The notes below the pieces were generated by a model. It saw only the letters and a program-made list of their open reading frames with translations, did not search any database and was not told where the DNA came from. A program made the position numbers and the translations under genes. A stretch of DNA of 64,000 nt from the human T2T-CHM13v2.0 reference genome, Homo sapiens: assembly GCF_009914755.1 (NCBI RefSeq), contig NC_060925.1; one strand, given 5' to 3'. Shown one piece after another: positions 47,853-64,000 of the stretch. How positions within the stretch are numbered: position 1 is the stretch's first letter; the number at the start of each line of letters is the position of its first letter.

Positions 47853-49984
47853 TTAGTATTTTTATATGCCAACAGTGAACAATCTGATAAAATCAAGAAG
47901 GTAATCCCATTTACAATAGCCACAAATAAAATTAAATACCTAGGAACTAACTTAAAGAAGTGAAAAAGCTCTACAAAGTAAACTAAAGACATTGATGAAA
48001 GAAATTGAAGAGGACAAAAAAATTTGAATGATATTTCATATTCACAGATATTTCATGTTCACATATTGTTAAAATGCCCATACTATCCAAAACAATCTAC
48101 AGATTCAATGTAATCCCTATCAAAATACCAATGATATTCTTCACACAAATAAAAAAAAAAGCATTCTAAAATTTATATGGTACCACAAAGACCCAGTATA
48201 GCTACCCTGAGCAAAAAAGAACAAAACTGGCAGAATCACATTACCTGACTTCATATTATACTACGGGGCTAAAGTAACTAAAGCAGCATGGTACTGGCAT
48301 AAAAACACAGCATGAAACATGGTACTGGCATGGTACAGCATGGTACAGACACACAGACCAATGGAACAGATTAGAGAACCCAGAAACAAAACCAGATATC
48401 AACAGTGAATTCATTTTCCACAAAGGTGCCAAGAACATACATTGGGGAAAGGAATTTCAATAAATGATTCTAGGAAAACTGGATATCTATATGTGGAAGA
48501 ATGAAGCTAGACCATTACCTCTCACCATTTACAAAAATAAATCAAAATTCAAGAGTTAAATTTAAGACTACTAACTATGAAAGTACTAAGAGAAAACATT
48601 GGGAAAACTCTTCAGGACATTGGACTGGGTAATGATTTTTTAATACCCCAGAAGCACAGACAACCAATGCAAAAATTGACAAATGGGATCACATCAAGTT
48701 AAAAAGCTTATTCACAGCAAAGGAAACAAACAACAAAGTGAAGTTACAACCCACAATATGGGAGAAACTATCTGCAAACTGTGTATCTGACAAGTGATTA
48801 ATAACCAGAATGTGTAAGGAGCTCAAACAACTTTATGTGAAATAATCTAGTATTCAATTTAAAAATGGGCAAAAGAGATGAATAAACATTGGTGAAAAGA
48901 AGACATATCAATGAAAAACAGGTATATGTAAAGTTCCTCAATGTCACTGATCATCAGAGAAAGACAAATCAAAACTACCATGATATATCATCTCACCCCA
49001 ATTAAATGCTTTCATCCAAAATACAGGCAATGACAAATCCTGACGAGGATATGGAGTAAAGGGAACCCTTGTACACTGTTGGTGGGAACGTAAATTAGTA
49101 CAACCACTATGAGGAGAACAGTTGAGAGCTTCCTCAAAAAACTAAAAACATAACTACCATATGATCCAGCATTCTCACTGCTAGGTATATACCCAAAAGA
49201 AAGGATATCTGCACTCCCATGTTTATTGCAGCTGTATTCACAATAGCCAAGATTTGGAAGCAACCTAAGTTTCATCAAGAGATGGATGGATAAAGAAAAT
49301 ATGATACATATATACAATGGAGTAAAGACGCCTTTCTACTTTTTTTGATTTGCAGTTTCTAAGAAGAAGTCTGTTGTCATTTTACATTTAATCCTCATTC
49401 ATAAAGTGTTTTTTTCCTCTAGCCCTTCCAAAGTGTGTTTAGCAGTGTGTTTTTTGTTTGTTTGCTTGTTTGTTTTTCTGAGCTGAAAAAAGAATGAGAT
49501 AGTGTAATTTGAAACAATGTGATGGAACTGGAGGTCATTATGTTAGGTGAAATAAGCCAGGAACAGAAATAAAAACTTCACATATTCTCATTTATTTGTG
49601 GGAGCTAAACATTAAGACAACTGGACTCATGGAGACAGAGAGTAAAATGATGGTTACCAGAGGCTGGGAATGGTAGTGGGGATGGGAGAAAGGGGATAGT
49701 TATTGGGTACAAAAATATAATTAGATAGAATAAGACCTAGTATTTGATAGCAAAACATGGTGACTACAGTCAATAATAATTTATTGTGCATTTAAAAATA
49801 ACTAAAAGAGTTTAAGTGGATTGGTTATAACACAAAGAAATAATATATGCTTGAGATTATAGAAACCTTATTAACCCTGATGTGATTATTATGCATTATT
49901 TGCCTTTATCAAAAGACCTCATGTACCACGTAAATATATACACCTAGTATGTGCTCACAAAAATTAAAAAATTTAAAAATATAT

Positions 49985-51630
49985 TTTTCCTTTTAACCAA
50001 TTTTGTTTTTAAGTGGGTTTCTTTTATGCAACATATATGGCGTTTTGCTTTCTTTAATGCCACCTGATGATCTCTGCATTCCAACTGAACTGTGCAGTCT
50101 CTTTATATTTAAAATAATTGTTAATATATTAGGGTTTAGATGTTTCATTTTGCTAGTTGTGTTTTCTTATTGTTTTATTATCTCTTCCTTCTTTGAAGTG
50201 AGTTTTTAAAAAAATTCTTCTTTTAATCATTCCATTTTATTTGCACTATTGGCTATTAGTTATATCATTTTGGTTTAGTTATTTTGTAGTTCCTTTAGGT
50301 CATAGGTTGGCAAACTTTTGTTCTGTAAAGAGCCAGATAGTAAATATTTTAGGCTTTGCAGACCATATGATAACTGTTGCATCTACTAAATTCTTACATT
50401 GTAGATGTAAGAGGCCATGCACAACACATAAACAAGAAAGGATGGTTGCTTTATTTAGCAAAACTAGTGTGCTATTATTTCTCACGCTATAGAGTTTACA
50501 ATATACAGCTTTAAGTTATTACTCTCTACTCTGAAATAATATAATACCATTTCACATGTAGTAGAACAACCTTACTACATTATACGTCAGTTTTTCCTTT
50601 CCTGTTATTTCAGTTATTATAGCCAGACATTTTTGCTTCCATATGTACTAAAAACCACACAATGTTATAAACTTGCTTTCAACAGTAAATTATCTTTTAA
50701 CAAAATAAAAACATAGCTTGCATGTTTACCTATATATTTACTATTTGGTCTAGATCCATAATTCCACCTGGCATCATTTTTCTTCTGTTTTGGGAAAGCC
50801 TTTTATCATTTTTTTGTAGTATAAACAAATTCAGCATTTGTTTGTCTAAAAATATTATTTGCCTTCATTTTAGAAAGATATCTATATTATATATAATGTT
50901 ATAGGTGGGCTATTTTTTTTCCTACTCTCAAGATGCCTTTCTATTTTTTTGTTTTGTAAAGTTTCTAACAAGAAGTCTGTTTACATTTTACCTATATTCC
51001 TCATTCATAAAGTGGTTTTTTCCTCTAGCCCTTTTGAAACATTTTCAGCAGTTTTGTATATTGTTTCTTGGCATTACTTATTAATATGTATTTATTAGTA
51101 TTTATATTTTTAAATATTTATATTGCTTGGGTTTCAATGAGGTTCTTAAATTTTAGGTAGAGTTCTCATCGAATCTGAAAAAATTTTGGCCATTGTTTCT
51201 TCAAATATCCATTCTCTTCTCTCCTTTTGGAGTCCAGTTACATGCATGTTACATTAGTTGATATTGTCCCACTGGTAACTAACATTCTATGTGTTCTTCG
51301 AAGTTTTATTTTCCCTCCTTCTCTCTATACTGTATTTCGGATAGTCTATTGCTATGGCTTTATGTACATTGATAGTTTTTTCTGTGGTAGGTATTCTGAT
51401 GCCACCCCCATCCAGTATTTAACTTGGAATACTGAATTATGCATTTTTAGAATGTTCAATTTGGTCTCTTCTATCTTCAGTTTATTTCCTTATCATGTTC
51501 TTGTTTTCCTCTGCCACCTTGAACATATAGAATATATTATAACTATTTTAAGATCTGTGTTTTCCGAATCTGTTTCTGTTGATTTATTTTTATACTGGTT
51601 ATGGGTCATATTTTCTTATTTTGCATCCTA
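49985..51630 (-). mobile_element. Ancient L1M fragments
   Basis: T-rich degenerate antisense-L1 motifs (aaattttggccattgtttcttcaaatat; agaagtctg). Confidence 0.55.
50300..50465. mobile_element. MER58-type hAT MITE
   Basis: ggttggcaaactttt...tgtaaagagccagatagtaaatattttaggctttgcag. Confidence 0.75.
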
Positions 51631-53529
51631 GTCCTTGATTTATAAAGGAGTTAATTCATCTATTTCCCTTTCCCTGGGGAACAAAGTTATACGCTTCCTT
51701 TGTCCAAAGTCTGCACAATATTGTTTCACATTTTTTGTATTATTTCAGTTGAGAACATAAATGATGGTCAAAATCAGAAGTTTCTCCCTGTTGTTTTACA
51801 GCATTTAGAAAGCTCTTTCTTTGTTCTTTTGTTGACTATTTATACTCAACCACTCAACCCATAATAAACTGTTAAAAGTAAAAAGTTCACTCAACCAACT
51901 AACTTATTTCAATAACAAAAAAATTTTATTTGATTCAAATTGGCCTCTTTTTTCCTACACATGTGCCAAAACACAGCACTTGAATTTCCAGTTGTAAAGA
52001 TTAAATATATGTATAAGTGCAATTAAGTATGGTGAGAAATTATGCAAAATATTGGTGTCATTGAAAAATTAATGCTCTAGGAAGGATATGATACAACTCT
52101 ATAAAGTAAAACTTTATATTTTAATTTAAGGAGATAGGAACAATTTATTGCTCAAATATTTTCATTTACTACCTATCATTAACTCATCAATTACCCTTTT
52201 TGAATGCTTTATTGATTTATCTATTAAGAAAAAAGATTAGTTTGTTTACTCCTAATAAAGTTCTATGAACAGAATGAGATTAACATAAATCAAACCCCAT
52301 GTATTCATTCTTGTGTTTTTGAGGGCCAACCCTGAGAGTTCTGGAAATATAGAATTATACAGAATATAATTAATTTTCTGGGGAAAATACACACACACTC
52401 ATTTATATTAGGAAAAGCTAAATGATATATCTCAAAAAACAATAAAAATCCAGTGCCAATTCCTTCTGAAATAGTAAATTGTTAGTGAAGTCATTAGCAT
52501 GATCTCAAATACTTGTATTATTCCTTCCAATTATTAAAAGTTGCAAAAAATTATAAAAGAAATAACTAGCCATAGTTCCTTTTCCCCAGTTGGTAATACG
52601 TTTTAGGATAAATCTGTGAAGAAATCTGTACTAGAGAAAAATATTTGATTTATTCGTTAAAAAATACGAAAACTTATGAGCTGAAAACAGAAGATGATGG
52701 TCTTATTATTACTACTACCACCATCACCACTACTATTACTACTGCTGTTAAATCTATCATAGTTTGAGTAACAATAACAATTCTTTCTTGTTAAGTTTGC
52801 TTATTTCTTTTGCATAAGAAAGACAATGACTAAGAACTAAGTCACCATGTTAGCTATAAAAGAGTTCTTGGTTACTCTATTCATTATTTTAGGCAAATTA
52901 TAATTTCCTTGACAAAAAAATAAGAATTTCTCTTGGGTATAATAAAGGACAAGCCTAGACACTGTTAGTTATCTTGTTTTATTTAAAAGGATTTCTTTTT
53001 ATTCTTCCCTTGGCTTTTCATCTTTTACTAACAGTATGAAATTTATAACAATACACGTCCAAATCAGCTAGTACCTATTATCAGCAGTCACATCAGGAAG
53101 ATTTACTTGCCAATATATACTACTAAAAATACCATTTTATGGGCTAATCATAAAATCCATCAATAGATAACAAAGAGCAATGTTCGTGAGCGTGAGAGTC
53201 AGTCTAAACAGATTATTGAGGAATAATGTTAGTTATTAACAGAAAAAAAATTATTCACATTTGCAATAGAATTTATAGATTAAAAAATCTTTTCACTTGC
53301 ATTCTATTATTTGACAATTATAACTAACACATCATACCCCTGGGAAATACTTTATTATCTTCATTTGATGGTGGACAATAAGTTCAGAGAGATGTGACTT
53401 GCCAAAGAACACACGGCTTGTCCAACTTGGAGGTGAATATATTTTAAAAATTATATTGAAGAAAGTTACAAAAAATTAATTAAAAGCAAGCAGAATGTGT
53501 AGATTGTCACTTTAGCTGTTTCCTCAAAG

Positions 53530-53856
53530 CATATGGGTCCTCATATTTCACCTCCCAATCCCTTGGAGCTAGATGTGTTTGAGAACTAAATTTTTCAGAT
53601 TTAGAAAATATTACTGAGCATATAACGCATAATGTGTAGCATCCACAGTAGGGTTTGAAGGAGCAGAGAAATTAATGGTTCTGCAGTAAAACATATATGT
53701 TCACAATAAATAGGATAAGTAAAGGATACTTAATCATTTCAGGTAGTTTGGATCAGTTTCCATATCCAAACACATTTTAGTGCCAAACTTACTTAAAACC
53801 TTGGTTTCAGAAATTATGGATTTTGGAATTACAAGTGAAATATTGTGTACTTGTAT
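53530..53856 (+). mobile_element. MER46C-like Tigger MITE
   Basis: aatcccttggagctagatgtgtttgagaac...ggattttggaatt...tgtgtacttgta. Confidence 0.55.
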
Positions 53857-54829
53857 TCTAATGCAGAATCTTTTGGGAGTAGGTATATGTATATCTCAGA
53901 TAATAAATGCATGAGAATTTGTATGACTTGATTATTTCAGCCTAACCTGTATATCAGAAAATATTAACAATTTTAATAGTGCTATACAGTTGCAGATAAG
54001 GTCAGAGTTTCAGTTCCTCCTGCATGTTAATCACTCTGGGCAAGGCATTTAATGTCTCATAACTTTGTTTTAATCTCTCAAAAGGCAAATAAAATGTGTC
54101 TCCACTATTTCATAGTTGAGTTTTCACATAGTATTATATAAGCATAAACACAAGTATAAAAATCTTGCCCTTCCTTTTGGAACTTATCTCCATATTTTTC
54201 CTCAACAACTGCCAATTATTCCATGATCATAAAGCAATAATTTCTATAGTCAAGCATCAGATTTTCAAAATTTACTGAAATCAAGTTTATAAACCTGGTA
54301 CCACTGAGCCATTTTTTAAGCCTGGTATATCCTTTTACTCCCCCCAAAAAAGCTAACAGTTCTGCCAAATTTTAAACCCTGAAATCAATCATGAAAAAAT
54401 TAAGCCAAACAAAAATGACATCCTTGTAAGCTGTGGTCCATGACAGCATTTTCCATAAATTATAATTTCACATTATTTAATTTTGGTTTAACAAAGGTAA
54501 TCTGAAAAAACTTAATCAACAACAGTGTTGACTGCTCTATGATATTAGTGACAACTTGTATTTTAAAGTGTTTGCTAACTCTTTGAAAAAAATATTAGCA
54601 ATTTAGTGACTTAAATTTTTAAATATTTTTCAACATTTCCTTATGAGTTTTTGTGTTATTTGAGATATAATTATTTTTCTTTAGACAATATAAAAATAAG
54701 ATTCCTAATACATCACTTGTAAAGCACCATTTTCCTCAAGTTTGACAGTTTCACAGGTGATTATCATGGAAATATATATATATATATATATATCCTTTGA
54801 TCTGTTATATATATAAAAAACAGTGTTAG

Positions 54830-54914
54830 TGTCAGAAGCGTTTGAACCAAAGCAATTCCATCTTGAATAGGGGCTGGGCAAAATAAGGCTGAGACCCGCT
54901 GGGCTGCATTCTCA
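54830..54914 (+). mobile_element. MER41 LTR 5' fragment (~85 bp)
   Basis: tgtcagaagcgtttgaaccaaagcaattccatcttgaataggggctggg matches the recalled MER41 start. Confidence 0.75.
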
Positions 54915-56205
54915 GTTATAATCCTTTTAAGAATATAATCACCTTCCATGTAAATTAATTGGCAGATAGCTATTAGTGGATTTCTAAAATGACGATCTTA
55001 CTTTTTCTTTTAATTTGCTTCTTAATGTAAGACATTAAATGTGATTATATTAAAATTATTTGTCACAGATGAATCTGGACTACATTTAAGTAAGTATCAT
55101 ATAATTATGAACTATATATGGAGTCCTGACTACAACACATTTTAACTGTATGTCTTTGAGCAAAGTCTTTAACTTCTGAAAGTCAAAATTCTGAAAGGTA
55201 AAATGAGATACCTATCAAATCAGGGTTATAAAGAGTAACAAGAATATACACATAAAGCACCTAGCATAGTTCCTGGAGTAGCACACATAGCATGCTATGC
55301 ATAGAGTAGTGCTAACTTAATATGTGGGTTTTTTCCTTATTCAAAGAAACAGAGGCAACTTCTCTTAAACTCTAATTCAAAGACTAAAATTTCTTCCTAA
55401 GAACATTGCCTCATGTTGAGATTTCAATAATAAACAAGAGAAAAGGGTAAATATGGAATACCTTCTATTTGATTCTTAACTTGCATGATACTAACCCTAT
55501 CTGAGTTCCTGGTTTACCATGTTACATATTTATATACGTAAAATAAAACACCTTGTTTATCATTTGGTTTTCCTTTGACTGGACTAAATATCTTTTTAAA
55601 GTAAAATTCATACACTGATAAATGATATATTTTAAATGTATAATTGCATTATTTAAGCTTTGCATTATTTATTTAAGCTGTGTCTATAGTGTCTATATGG
55701 CAATTATGGATCATATATAGGAACTGAACAATTATTGAGACAGATTGGCACTATATGAGATAAAGCAGTATTTGAGCTTCAAAATTAAAGTTTTTGAAGA
55801 TTTTGTTTCTAAACCACATAAACTAAACAAATTTTATAAGAACATTTTGGTTTACCTGTGGCCAATACAATCAGTTACTTGTCAATGCCTCAAATTCATT
55901 TTATCTCAGGCACTAGAATAAGATGATAATTAGAAGGCTACCTGACTTAGGTTCTTTACTTCTAACATGAAAACACAGGGTCTGGCTCAGAGTTTTTGTG
56001 AAAATTAAAATTAAGATAATTCATGTAATGGGTTTAGCACAGTACCTAGCAGACTCAGCAAACGCTGAAAATTTTTAGCATTTTATCTTATCATCATCAT
56101 TTAAATTTTCTGTAGGAGATCAGATGTATCACTAGTTTCTACTAATTGACCTGTGAAGCAAAAATTCAATTCTTTATTAAATTAGAACCAACTATATTAC
56201 TACTA

Positions 56206-56652
<447 letters not shown>

Positions 56653-59081
56653 CTACTCAGGAGAGTTTTCACAGAAAGAGCAAAATCAGTCTTTGATTCT
56701 AATTTTCCATTACTAAAAATATTAAAATGTATGTTTCCTTGAACGTACATATAAATCAGGCAAAATAAATACCTGTATCCTCTGGTACAAATTTTTATGA
56801 AAGTATTTAATTTTTAGGCATAAACTTTACTTAGCATACATAGTTATTTATGATATTACTAGCATACAGTTGTTTGAAACATACAAAACCAGACATTTTA
56901 CAACTTTATCCAAATAAAATCCATGTAATGGACTTTTCTAAACCTATTACAAGTATTTCACACTCAATTTAAATAATTAAGATAACTATCTTAGATTTGG
57001 AATTAATGTTGTTTTTAAATTATTGCTTTTTCTAAAGACAGCACTGGCATGAACGTTATAATATGTGAATTTTTAAAATTCTCTCATATGCTCCAGAAGA
57101 AAACAAAACTCACTTTTTAACTCATGCATTTATTATTAACCATATAAAGTGCTTTTCTGACTAAAATATTAAAACATAATTCAGGAAGTATTCTAAGTAT
57201 TCTGAGTGAAAATATGTTGTAAATATTAATGTTTCACAAATATACTGTAGAATTACAACTCAGACTTAAAACAGGCTGTTCTCCATAGGAGGGAAAAACA
57301 ATGAACAAACTCACAAAGTCTATTATGACTTACTCTTTTATGACTAAATTTGATTTTTAAAGTAAGATGCTCTCCTTTGATTTTAAGCCTTTAATAAGCA
57401 ATACTTACTGTTTCAAAATTGTTGCTTTTCATACTAGGAAGTCATATGAAATGCAACACTGATCAAAGAAGAAAGTCTTACTTTCTAAAAACATGCACAT
57501 GCAAATGAACAATTTCCTGAATACTATTGTACTTAAGAGCAGCATTCATGAATCTGTGAACTGTGTTTCCCTTCTACGGATGGAATCTTGAACTTCAGTT
57601 ATAGCATGCATGTGTTGCTGGCTTTTAAAGTAATAGAATTTAAATTACCAATTTAAGTAACGTCAGGAAGTAGATCCAATAAAATCCTTTAAAAGTGAAT
57701 ATAAATTATACAGGCTCAGTCAATGCTTTATATACAATTCCCAGTGGCAAGCTATGAAATTCTCTCACACTTAATTTCATCCAAAAATTCAAATACTAAT
57801 CCACATCTGTTTCAAAACAGTACTATATCAGAGGGATATCCAAAAAATCTTCATCTCTTCATTATAAAATAATTGAGATTAAATGATTTTAGAAACCATA
57901 TTTTATCTACCAGAACTTAATTTCTAAGCATTAAAAGTTTTTAATACCATGGTTTAACAATAATGAACATTTTTATAAAATTTTAACTCTATTCTCACCT
58001 ACTTGATAATGTACTAAAAATTCACTTCTGTGGAAGTAAAACACATAAACTCTTAAGTAATACGTACCACCAACAATAATATCAATATGTATTTAGTAAT
58101 ATAGTTGTACTTTGTAGCAACAATGAAAATATGATATTTCAGTCATATTTAGAGACTTGCTTGCAGAGTTTAATCATAATCTTAAATTTATTTGAAGTGA
58201 TCTTTTTGTTCCTCTTTCTAGTCATAAGTCCCTATGAGTGATAGTTTGATTTCCTACAAATATGTGGAAATAATAATCTTGCCAAACCAAACATTAAAGA
58301 TACTATGTTCATCTAATATCACTTATAATTCAAGTCACAAAACCATAAATTAATAAAAAATTTTAAATGGGAGCATAGGGATTCACTTCTTTTCCAAGTA
58401 GGAGATGAAACACTGATTTTGTGAATGCTTTTCTTAGCCATGTGTATCAGGCATCATGTAAAGTATACATCTACAAGATGAACTGAAACCTATGTATACA
58501 TTAGTTAAGCAATATTTAATAGCCTATTCAGCATTATTTTGAATACCCCCAAGAGAAACTGTCATAGTTTGTACATAAAAATCTGTAAGAATCTCATCTT
58601 TTTTTTCAATAATTCCATAAAATAAGTAACATTTCTTTACTAACCTCACTTTAACTACAGTAAAAAGAAATGAGAAGAATTTGAGGGTTAATTTTAGGAA
58701 ATCCAAACCCAAAACACATCAATTGCTCTTTACATGTTTGGAATTTGCATTCTTTTCTCTTTCTTCCAACAGGACATAATAAAAAGTACATTAAGTTTAT
58801 ATGTATAATATACACAAATTTGAGTTCTGTTTTGAATGTTTCCTAACTCTTTCTCCACAATAAAACTGCATAGCCCCTATAAAAAAGTGAGGATAATAAC
58901 AGCCATCTTCTATTTGACAGAAATGTGAAAATTCATATCACATTAATATATAAAGAAAACATCTGTCAACTGTAAACTTTCACATATAACAATAATATCA
59001 TTAATATATCCTTGTAAAATGATCCACAATATCAATAACACTAGCAACAAACGTTTATTACTCTATTTGTTGGATATTGAA

Positions 59082-59116
59082 TGTGTGTGTGTGTTTGTGT
59101 GTGTGTGTTTGTGTGT
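59082..59116. repeat. Imperfect (TG)n microsatellite
   Basis: Seen directly. Confidence 0.85.
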
Positions 59117-61238
59117 TTTAATAGGAGGTCCATTTATAAATATACTTTCCTGATGTCATTTCTTCTTCTAGTTGTAACTCTCCTGTGTTTTAAACATGCC
59201 ATCATAATCTAGTGGAAATAGTATAGTGCTGGATACACAACAGTGCCTTTATAGTAGGACCTTCTCCTGAACTCAGAGTCACAATGATAGAGTGGTTAAA
59301 AGCAAGGTTTTAGCATCAGACCTGAGTTTAAATAACAGTTCTACCACTTACCAGTTTGCCTTCTTGGTTATGTAATCTAAGCTCTTTAAGTTTATTTCCA
59401 TTTCCCTCTCTAAAAAATTGTCATTCTATTATTACATTACTACTTTGCCTATCAAATTTTTCTGAAGACATAAAAGAGATAATGCATGAAAAGGCATAGT
59501 AAGATGTCTGTCTTAGAAAACACCCAATAAATATTCATATTTTATGGCTTATGACCTTGTATAAAAGGACAGTAAAAGGAAGAAAATAATACGAAATAAT
59601 TATGATGGGTATGTAAAAAGTGAAAAATGGGGATGAAAAAGAGAGGGAATCATTCATATTTTGGGTGCACTTTTCTCTATCACTAGACTTCTGAATAAAT
59701 CAAGATGCTAAAAACATATTCTTGGCTGTAAAGATTTCTTGGTTAAAGTTTAGTAAATTTAAACAAAAACAAATTTTAAAGTGAAAGTGAATATTTTTCA
59801 TTCTGCACAGTTTCTATGAATTATTTTGTACTTTTCCATGGAATAACTACAGAACTCTGACTTTTCTATTGTAAGGCACATAATATAATCGTTAACTTGA
59901 AAAATCAAAATTTAATACTAATGTTTGTGAGAATGACGAAAATACATTTGCATATGTAAATGAAATGCTTCTGGTAATATATACAGTTCAATAAAGAAGT
60001 GAAAAATTGATGACTACTCCAACAATTTCCATACAAATTTAAAATATTATCATTTTCTAAAAGTTATATTACTTCCTAAATATTTATCATACTTAATATG
60101 ATTTTTAAGGCTAAAAGTATTTCTTCACATGAATAATAATTAAAAACACAAAAAATAAGAAAATATTTCTTATGCCTAAAATAGCTGATTATATTATAGT
60201 TTTAAGGAAAGTAGAAAGTGTCAGATACACTAAATACATCACTCTTTTCCCTACTCTTCACACACACATCAAAGTGACTCAATTCAACCTCTTCTTGATT
60301 TTTTACTGAACAATTATTCACGTCATAGGTTATTGAGCAATCTATAGAACAATGTAGTATTTTAAATAAATCAATTCACTTAGTAGTTTGAAAATGAGTG
60401 TTTGTAATCTGGACTCATGACTCCCTTAAGGATAGTTTTACAGACTTCATAGTACTCTAAACTGTGCTATTTAATTTATGATTGAAGTTAGAATTGTTGT
60501 TAAAGAAGAAAAGAAAATGAAATCACTAAAATGTGCTAGTTTAACATTTTCTCAAAGAATCCTTATCTGATATTTTCCATTAAGTAAAGGTTAAATTATA
60601 AGAATACTTGAGGGATCATCTAAATTTAAATATATAAGCACCAAGGCTTATATATTTCAGTGACTCTGAGTTCACTGAAAGCTTATTTTTATTTAAAAAA
60701 AAATCTAAAGAAAGATGTTTCACCAGTTTCCAAAGCTCAATTTAATATGTACACGTGGTCTGTGATCTATGCAGAGAAAGAAAATAGCTAGTTACACTGT
60801 ATATTGATGCATTTCCAAATTAATTTTGGAATCAAAAAGACAATTAGAGAATAAACAATCTTATAGTCTAAAAAATGTTGAATTTGGAATCAAATAAATA
60901 AGCTGTGTTTTCAACCACCTCAGGAAAATATTTTATGACCTTAAGCAAATCATTGAGATTCTTAGAAAATAATGTAATTTTAGACAGGAAAATACCCTGT
61001 CTTCATGACAAGAAAACACAAAATTTATAAGAACCTAGTATTTAAACTCTAAAGCAAATTTAAAGCCAAATATTTACTAAAGAAATTCATGTTCAAATAA
61101 TAACATTTTTAAAGCCAATAATTTGATGGAATGACAAAAATTATTTTAATCTTTGATTTCCTTTTTCATACATAAAAATAAGTTATCTCATCTGTGTGGT
61201 CTCTTAGGTATCTTTCAGTTCCACCTATATATAATTCT

Positions 61239-61629
61239 TTTTTTTTTTAATTTTACTTTAAGCTCTGGGGTACGTGTGCAGAACGTGCAGGTTTGTTACA
61301 TAGGTATACATATGCCATGATGGTTTTGAAAATGTGGCAGATATATACCATGGAATACTATGCAGCCATAAAAAAGGATGAGTTTATGTCCTTTGCAGGG
61401 ACATGGATGAAGCTGGAAACCATCATTTTCAGCAAACTAACATAAGAACAGAAAACCAAACACTGCATATTCTCACTCATAATCGGGAGTTAAACAATGA
61501 GAACACATGGACACAGGGAGGGGAACATCACACACTGCGCCCTGTCATAGGGTGGGGGGCTAGGGGAGGGATAGCATTAGGAGAAATACCTAATGTAGAT
61601 TGCTGGTTGATGGGTGCAGCAAACCACCA
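61239..61629 (-). mobile_element. Twin-primed (5'-inverted) L1PA fragment
   Basis: Poly(T) and the L1 3' end on minus (61239-61326) joined to a plus-oriented upstream L1 segment (61328-61629); TSD atatataattct (61227-61238 / 61630-61641). Confidence 0.9.
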
Positions 61630-62514
61630 ATATATAATTCTATGAATATAAAACATACTCGGAGTAGGTAGAACCTCTATTACCTCAGCATTCCAATTCT
61701 ATAACTTCAAAAGGCAAAATTTATGTATATGTCCAAGTGAAAAAAATATCAAATTATCTATTAAGAGATAATATTAAATAACCCACAAATTCATGCTAGT
61801 GGTTTTTCACTACTATCAAACGAAGCACCTCTTTCTCCATCCAACCTCATCTACATTTTGGTTAATTATCTCTAAAAGATAAATCAAATATAGTCACTGT
61901 TATATTTCTGGTTATTTCCATCTCCTTTTTATGATACATTTTTAAATGTACACATTAACTTGCACATTTACACCTCTTTGATGACTTGGTTTTACTGCAT
62001 TGTGTGTATATGTGTGTGTGTGTTTAATTCAATCTCTACTTTCTACTTACACTTTGGTCTCTGTGGAATTTGGAATCTAGCTAATTTATTATCTTGGCAT
62101 TCTTTCTCATCCTGCTGGTGATTTTTTTTTCTTGATCTTTCAAAGCTGTCATTTGGAAACAGCTGGTTTATAAGGCTTCAATTTCTTAATGCTTTTCCTA
62201 TTGCTTTAAGCACAGAAAAATCTTATGTTTTTGTTCCTGTTTTATAACACTGAATATTAATATCATGTAACTGCTAACCACTTGATGACTGCCTGCTCTT
62301 AGAACTTAAATAATGTATCTGAGTCAAAAAGAACAAATTGAGAGGGGACTTTTTCATTGTTTTTAATGGTTTGTCTTATTATACTAGAATTCTGGTGATG
62401 TAATTCATAAATGGGAGGATGACAGGCAGAAGGTATATACATTACTTCCTGAGTTTTCATTACTTATTTAGAAATTTAAGTCTTCTCCATCAGCTCAAGA
62501 TATGGAGACATTCA

Positions 62515-64000
<1,486 letters not shown>

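Overview
Human (primate) genomic DNA, AT-rich and repeat-dense. The minus strand carries the 3' end of KCNT2 (Slick/Slo2.1 Na+-activated K+ channel), recognised from the peptide: coding exons at 56256-56556, 34049-34133 and 26287-26398, then a ~2.4 kb 3'UTR ending near 23845-23875. About 400 bp past the KCNT2 poly(A) signals, on the same strand, is a full-length ~6 kb human-specific L1HS-Ta (Ta-0 diagnostics) with a 14-bp TSD. Its ORF1 and antisense ORF0 are intact; ORF2 has a nonsense codon (C936*) and an H1142Q change in the zinc knuckle. The rest is a mosaic of Alus, solo LTRs (LTR7/HERV-H, LTR15, MaLR), a near-full-length Tigger1, an old full-length L1MA with nested inserts, a twin-primed L1PA and DNA-transposon MITEs. 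I found no wholly new gene system. The most unusual observations are the KCNT2/L1HS tail-to-head arrangement (antisense promoter pointing into the KCNT2 3'UTR), two independent ~100-150 bp locally templated insertions inside retroelements, and a possible intronic-polyadenylation KCNT2 isoform lacking the ETQL PDZ ligand. Repeat subfamily names come from recalled consensus sequences, not from a RepeatMasker run.
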